Below are positions 27,328 through 32,000 of a DNA stretch of 32,000 bases, one piece after another. Origin of the DNA: Corynebacterium amycolatum (GTDB taxonomy: Bacteria > Actinomycetota > Actinomycetes > Mycobacteriales > Mycobacteriaceae); the NCBI RefSeq assembly GCF_049243625.1, contig NZ_CP046975.1, one strand, 5' to 3'. The stretch's first letter is position 1. The number at the start of each line of letters is the position of its first letter. The notes beneath the pieces are model-generated. The model made no database searches, was not told the DNA's origin, and saw only the letters and a program-made list of their open reading frames with translations. Made by a program: the position numbers and the translations under genes.

Positions 27328-30300
27328 ATGGCAAGTTTTGATTCCATCATCAACGTCGACGAGTGGATTAGCGACTACTACCTGACTACTGATGAGAAAA
27401 AGGGCGAGTCGTTCAGTAAGCGAGCCGATGCCGCAATTAAACAATGGAAAGCTGACGATAAGGCAAGCGGCGTCGAGGTTTCACCGTGGGGACGAATGAC
27501 TTCGAACCGCAATCAGCTGCAAACTGCACTGTCGACCATTGATGCCGACGTGAAAATCAGTGTTATCAATGCTGCCGAGCAGATCGAGAAAACGTTCGAC
27601 TATCCCGTTCCAACAGAAGTTTCTATTGACTATTCCGGGGACTCCATCAAATTGTCTGCTGCACGCGATGTGGCAGGAACGACACTTTATTTACGCACTG
27701 AACGGCTTGCCGACGTCGAAGATTTTCCTACCACCAAACTGCTTGAGGCGGCTACTAAGAATGAAAAAACTTGGGACGTCCCGGTCTCAAGAATTATCAC
27801 TGAGGTGTTTTTATCAGAACAACCTCCGACCTTCGTCGTTCTAATTGCAGGCAACATGGTTGTCTTGGCTGAGCGGGAATCGTGGCCCCTCGGCCGATTC
27901 TTAGCAGTCGATGTGGCCCTGGCAGCGGAGCGCAATGATACGAAGGTTCGCGGCGAGTTAAGTCTGGTGGTCGCTTCATTGGCGCGCGAACACATTGAGC
28001 GCGCTGCTGACGGAACAACCTGGTGGCTACAGACGATTGAAGAATCCCGCGAACATGCGGTGAAAGTCTCCGAAGATTTGCGCGAAGCGATTAAAGAGTC
28101 GATTGAGATTATCGGCAACGATGCCCTTAAGCGTTACCGCCATCAAGGTCTCGATATCGATGATGTCGACGGAAATGAGTTGTCCAAGCAGGCTCTACGC
28201 TACCTTTACCGTATACTCTTTTTGCTCTTCGCCGAGGCGTCCCCTGAACTCAATATCCTGCCTACAGGTGTGCCTGACTATGACGAGGGCTATGGACTCG
28301 CTAACCTACGCGACCAGATCTTGGTCGAGCCACCCACCGACCGTGCGGCAAATGGCACATATCTTTATGACAGTCTGAATTTGCTGTTTAACTTGGTCAA
28401 TACCGGTCACGATCCAAATGACCAGGAAAACCCTCTGCATGATGGTCACGCCGAAGAAGGCCTGACCTTCCGCAATCTGTCAGCTGACTTATTTGCGCCC
28501 AGCGCTATCGCATACATCTCTCGATCAAAACTTTCTAATGCTGCGCTTCACCGTGTGCTGCAGAATCTTCTGTTAACTCGTGAAGCTGCAGGGAAAGAAC
28601 GCGGCTATGTCTCCTACGCAACCTTAGGAGTCACCCAGCTGGGACAGGTCTATGAAGGACTGATGTCCTTTACGGGCTCGATTGCCCAAGAAGAGATGTT
28701 TGAAGTCGCGCCGAAAGGAGACGCTTCGAAAGGTTCGTGGCTAGTAACACCTGCGCTCGCAGAAAGCCTTCCATCAGATTCCTTTGTTCAGGAAAAGCTC
28801 GAGGATGGCACCCCTCGGAATCGACGCTATGCACCAGGTGACTTCGTTTTCCGACAGTCGTCCAGAGATCGTGAGCGCTCCGCGTCTTTCTACTCACCAC
28901 CGGTCATTACCGAATTTGTTGTTGGCCAAGCTATCGAGGAGCTCAAGGCCGCTCACCGCATCGATACTGCGGACGATATCCTCACACTCAGTATTTGTGA
29001 GCCGGCGATGGGATCAGGCGCCTTCGCAGTGGAAGCGGTGAATCAGTTAGCGGAGCTCTACCTGAACAAAAAGCAGGAAGAGATTGGGCAAAAGATCGAA
29101 CCAGAGCGTCTTACAGAAGAGTTGCAGAAGGTTAAGGCTTCTATTGCGCTCCATCAGGTTTACGGAGTGGACCTGAATAAAACTGCTGTCGAGCTCGCTG
29201 AAATTTCGTTGTGGCTCGACACAATGTCTGCCGAGCTAAAGGCACCATGGTTCGGGCTACACCTGCGTCACGGTAATTCCCTGATCGGCGCGCAGCGTTC
29301 TACTTTCCCAGCAACTTCGCTGAAAAAACGGGATTACTTAAGAAAAACTCCAAGACACCATTCAGTGGAATCTATTTCCAGTGCAATTGAAAGTGGCCAG
29401 CCAGATTCGTCTGTCGCTGGTCGAGTTCACCACTTCCTTGTTCCATCAACTGGTTGGGGTGCGGCGGCAGATTCGAAGGATCTCAAAGAGGTCGCACCCG
29501 ACGAAGTTGCTTCCATGAAGAATTGGCGCAAGTCCATTCAAAGAGCTTTCACAGCACCTGAGATTAAACAGTTGAAGAAACTAAGTGACCGGGTGGAAAG
29601 ACTGTGGCAACTGGCACTAGTACGCCTGCGTATCGCAGAATCCCAAGTAAGCCGAACCGTTTCGATATGGGGACAAGAAGTTGCTGAAACGGGTCAAGCA
29701 GTCACTCGAGAGCAGATTGAACACGAACTCTTCGGCAACATGGACGGTGCCTATCAGCGTCTGCGCTTAGTGATGGATGCGTGGAATGCACTATGGTTCT
29801 GGCCGCTGACTGAGGTCAGTCTTCTTCCATCAAAGGACGAATGGCTGTCAACACTCGTCGATGCTCTTGGTATTTCTACGGAATCGACGGCCAAAACTGG
29901 CCAGTACTCGATTGGCTATGACCTGCAGTGGGATGAGCTCAATTCTGTGGAGCAGCTGGAGTTCAGTGCACTCCCCTATTCCAAGTTGATTGAGGCGCAT
30001 CCTTGGCTGCAAACCGCTCAACAAGTTTCAGCTGACCAGGCGTTTTTCCATTGGGATCTTGATTTCGCTGCTGTGATGGCTGATGGAGGCTTCGATTTCC
30101 AGGTCGGTAACCCGCCTTGGGTTCGCCCGCGCACCGATGTCGATGCTCTCTATTCCGAACACGATCCATGGTTTAGTCTTGCTCATAAACCGACTCAGAC
30201 GGATAAAAAGGACCGCAGAAAGCAACTAGCAAACGACGAACGCGTTCTGGCGACCCTCGCACGAGGCTTGTCGGACTCTGTAGTGACTTCTGCTGTGCTG

Positions 30301-31887
30301 GGCGACGCTACTCGCTTCCCGCATTTAGTTGGTCAGCAACCAGATCTCTACCGAGGTTTCATGGAACAAACCTGGGCCAACGCAGCCCATGACGGTATTG
30401 TTTCGCTTATTCACCCGGAGTCTCATTTCACTGAGAAGAAAGCTGCACCGCTTCGCGCGGGTGCCTATCGACGTCTCCGCAGGCATTGGCAGTTCATAAA
30501 TGAACGTGTCTTGTTCGACATCGACCATCACGTATCCTATGGTGTCCATATTTATGGTCCACGCCTAGACGTTCCGCACTTCACCAGTGCCGCATCTCTG
30601 TATCACCCAAAAACAGTTCTCGATTCCCTTCGTCACGATGGAACTGGTCCGCTACCTGGTCTAAAGGACGACAACGACAACTGGGACCTTCGTCCTCACC
30701 GTGATCGCATTATCACGGTAGATATGAAAACTTTGCGACTTTGGCACTCGATTCTCGAGGAACCTGGGACTCCAGTTATCAATTCGAGGACTGTCTATAC
30801 AGTCAACACTGAAGCAGCTGCTGTCTTAGCAAAGCTTGCTGCGGCACCACGCGTAAAGGAACTTGGGCTGCAATTCTCGAACGGCTGGCATGAATCTGCT
30901 GACAAGAAGCGTGGTTATTTCGACACTTCTTGGCAGCATCCAGAGTCATGGAATGATGTCATCCTTCAAGGTCCTCACCTCGGCGTATCGACTCCGATGA
31001 TTAAGCAGCCCAATCCAACAATGAAACATAACCAGGACTGGTCGGAAATTGATCTCGAGGCTATTCCAGAGGACTTCATTCCTGCAACGGCCTATGCCCC
31101 AAATCGTGCAGCAACAGATTATGACTCGACATATACTCACCACACGGGATCCGACGGAGTCATAGTCTCAGATCGTTCAAAATACCGTTTTGCATGGCGC
31201 AAAATGGCAGCGACAACGGGATTCCGTACATTGTATTCTGCGCTGATTCCAAAAGGTTCAGCGATCTCCGGCTCCTCGGTTTCTGGATTGTCGTTAGTTT
31301 CTGATGAGATTTCTGTAGCCACAGGAGCAAGCCTTTCAGCAATCCTCTCTGATTTCGTAATTCGGTCAACTGGGTTAGCAAACCTATACGCCTCAACTAT
31401 TGAGCTGTTACCAGTAACCGACGCAAATGAGTTTAAAAAGACTTTTGTTTCCAACTACCTTCGCCTTAACTGCCTGACTTCTGCATACGCCCCACTGTGG
31501 GAAGAAATCACTGGTGAGCAGTGGACCACGGATACTCCACTGCGGAATGCCAAAGAACGATGGCATGCGCAAAATGAAATTGATGCAATTGTCGCGCTTT
31601 CCCTTGGCGTGACGGCTGATGAACTATGCATGATTTACCGCACCCAGTTCCCTGTGATGCGGCGGTATGACCAGGAAGACCTGTATGACGCGAATGGGCG
31701 AAAGGTTCCGAAGGACATCGCAAAACTCGAAGGAAAACTGAAGCCCGGAGAGGAATTAAGCGAAGAACGGCGGAAATGGACACATCCTCAGTCAGGTGTG
31801 ACATACACTTTTGAGTATCCATTCGCGCCACTAGACCGCGAAGAAGATCTTCGCGCAGCCTACGCACGATTTGAGAAAGAGCTATAA
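27328..31887 (+). CDS. Very large gamma-class N6-adenine DNA methyltransferase (Eco57I/PglX-like architecture); candidate DISARM DrmMI-like protein
   Basis: 1519-aa ORF with an AGGAG SD at 27317-27321, 6 nt before the ATG. The AdoMet motif I is ICEPAMGSGAF (aa 556-566, tgt at 28996). Further motifs are GVDLNKTAVELAEISLWL and HGNSLIG. The catalytic motif IV is FDFQVGNPPW (NPPW at aa 928-931, nt 30109-30120). The C-terminal EIDAIVALSLGVTADELCMIYRTQFPV tail is typical of PglX/type IIG-like methylases. Confidence 0.9.
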   Translation: MASFDSIINVDEWISDYYLTTDEKKGESFSKRADAAIKQWKADDKASGVEVSPWGRMTSNRNQLQTALSTIDADVKISVINAAEQIEKTFDYPVPTEVSIDYSGDSIKLSAARDVAGTTLYLRTERLADVEDFPTTKLLEAATKNEKTWDVPVSRIITEVFLSEQPPTFVVLIAGNMVVLAERESWPLGRFLAVDVALAAERNDTKVRGELSLVVASLAREHIERAADGTTWWLQTIEESREHAVKVSEDLREAIKESIEIIGNDALKRYRHQGLDIDDVDGNELSKQALRYLYRILFLLFAEASPELNILPTGVPDYDEGYGLANLRDQILVEPPTDRAANGTYLYDSLNLLFNLVNTGHDPNDQENPLHDGHAEEGLTFRNLSADLFAPSAIAYISRSKLSNAALHRVLQNLLLTREAAGKERGYVSYATLGVTQLGQVYEGLMSFTGSIAQEEMFEVAPKGDASKGSWLVTPALAESLPSDSFVQEKLEDGTPRNRRYAPGDFVFRQSSRDRERSASFYSPPVITEFVVGQAIEELKAAHRIDTADDILTLSICEPAMGSGAFAVEAVNQLAELYLNKKQEEIGQKIEPERLTEELQKVKASIALHQVYGVDLNKTAVELAEISLWLDTMSAELKAPWFGLHLRHGNSLIGAQRSTFPATSLKKRDYLRKTPRHHSVESISSAIESGQPDSSVAGRVHHFLVPSTGWGAAADSKDLKEVAPDEVASMKNWRKSIQRAFTAPEIKQLKKLSDRVERLWQLALVRLRIAESQVSRTVSIWGQEVAETGQAVTREQIEHELFGNMDGAYQRLRLVMDAWNALWFWPLTEVSLLPSKDEWLSTLVDALGISTESTAKTGQYSIGYDLQWDELNSVEQLEFSALPYSKLIEAHPWLQTAQQVSADQAFFHWDLDFAAVMADGGFDFQVGNPPWVRPRTDVDALYSEHDPWFSLAHKPTQTDKKDRRKQLANDERVLATLARGLSDSVVTSAVLGDATRFPHLVGQQPDLYRGFMEQTWANAAHDGIVSLIHPESHFTEKKAAPLRAGAYRRLRRHWQFINERVLFDIDHHVSYGVHIYGPRLDVPHFTSAASLYHPKTVLDSLRHDGTGPLPGLKDDNDNWDLRPHRDRIITVDMKTLRLWHSILEEPGTPVINSRTVYTVNTEAAAVLAKLAAAPRVKELGLQFSNGWHESADKKRGYFDTSWQHPESWNDVILQGPHLGVSTPMIKQPNPTMKHNQDWSEIDLEAIPEDFIPATAYAPNRAATDYDSTYTHHTGSDGVIVSDRSKYRFAWRKMAATTGFRTLYSALIPKGSAISGSSVSGLSLVSDEISVATGASLSAILSDFVIRSTGLANLYASTIELLPVTDANEFKKTFVSNYLRLNCLTSAYAPLWEEITGEQWTTDTPLRNAKERWHAQNEIDAIVALSLGVTADELCMIYRTQFPVMRRYDQEDLYDANGRKVPKDIAKLEGKLKPGEELSEERRKWTHPQSGVTYTFEYPFAPLDREEDLRAAYARFEKEL

Positions 31888-31892
31888 AAGCC

Positions 31893-32000
31893 GTGTCCAG
31901 CCTTCTGCCTGCCTACGCTGCCGAGCATGTACTCGATGGGTTGAGTGAGTACTTGACCACGAGTTTTTCCCTCGCGGAACGAAATACTGCTGAAAATCTG
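31893..32000 (+). CDS. Third gene of the helicase-methylase operon; first 36 codons only, function unknown
   Basis: The GTG at 31893 lies 5 nt after the methylase TAA. The frame is open to the window edge: VSSLLPAYAAEHVLDGLSEYLTTSFSLAERNTAENL. Same strand, same low-GC composition. It is not in the ORF track because it is truncated. Confidence 0.5.
   Translation, partial: MSSLLPAYAAEHVLDGLSEYLTTSFSLAERNTAENL

Overview
This is a high-GC actinobacterial chromosome segment. Its gene content and order match Corynebacterium: odhI-secA2, rraA, tRNA-Pro, cmk/der-rluB, bioA-bioD, scpB-scpA-parA(PldP-like)-xerD-nudix-pyrG.

Positions 1-18300 are housekeeping genes, almost all on the minus strand and many joined by 0-4 nt junctions or overlaps. 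Hand GC counts of single 60-nt lines give 67-72% in secA2, der and scpA.

After the pyrG start at 18300 the composition drops in two steps.
- 18.3-22.2 kb, about 55% GC by spot count: a DUF4177-like gene, a DJ-1/PfpI gene, a scramblase-like gene, a secreted GHSAG lipase and a lipoprotein.
- 22.3-32.0 kb, 47-50% GC by spot count: a defence-type island.

The island contains three parts.
- A 5'-truncated and frame-split ParA-like ATPase remnant.
- An mrr type IV restriction gene broken by a 1-nt frameshift in a G5/C5 run.
- A tightly coupled plus-strand operon transcribed divergently from mrr. It encodes a 1007-aa SNF2-family helicase, a 1519-aa gamma-class N6-adenine DNA methyltransferase, and a third gene that starts 5 nt later and is cut by the window edge.

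The helicase plus giant methylase pair, with no cognate nuclease visible, is the most interesting signal. It best fits the first two genes of a class 1 DISARM-like system. That cannot be confirmed without the downstream sequence, and it could instead be an undescribed helicase-methylase module.

Other observations:
- Two 75-bp palindrome-containing direct repeats bracket a DUF559/AbiEi-like gene.
- A G-tract cluster lies between scpA and scpB.
- cmk and der form a single fused ORF.

No CRISPR array, rRNA, transposase or island integrase was seen.
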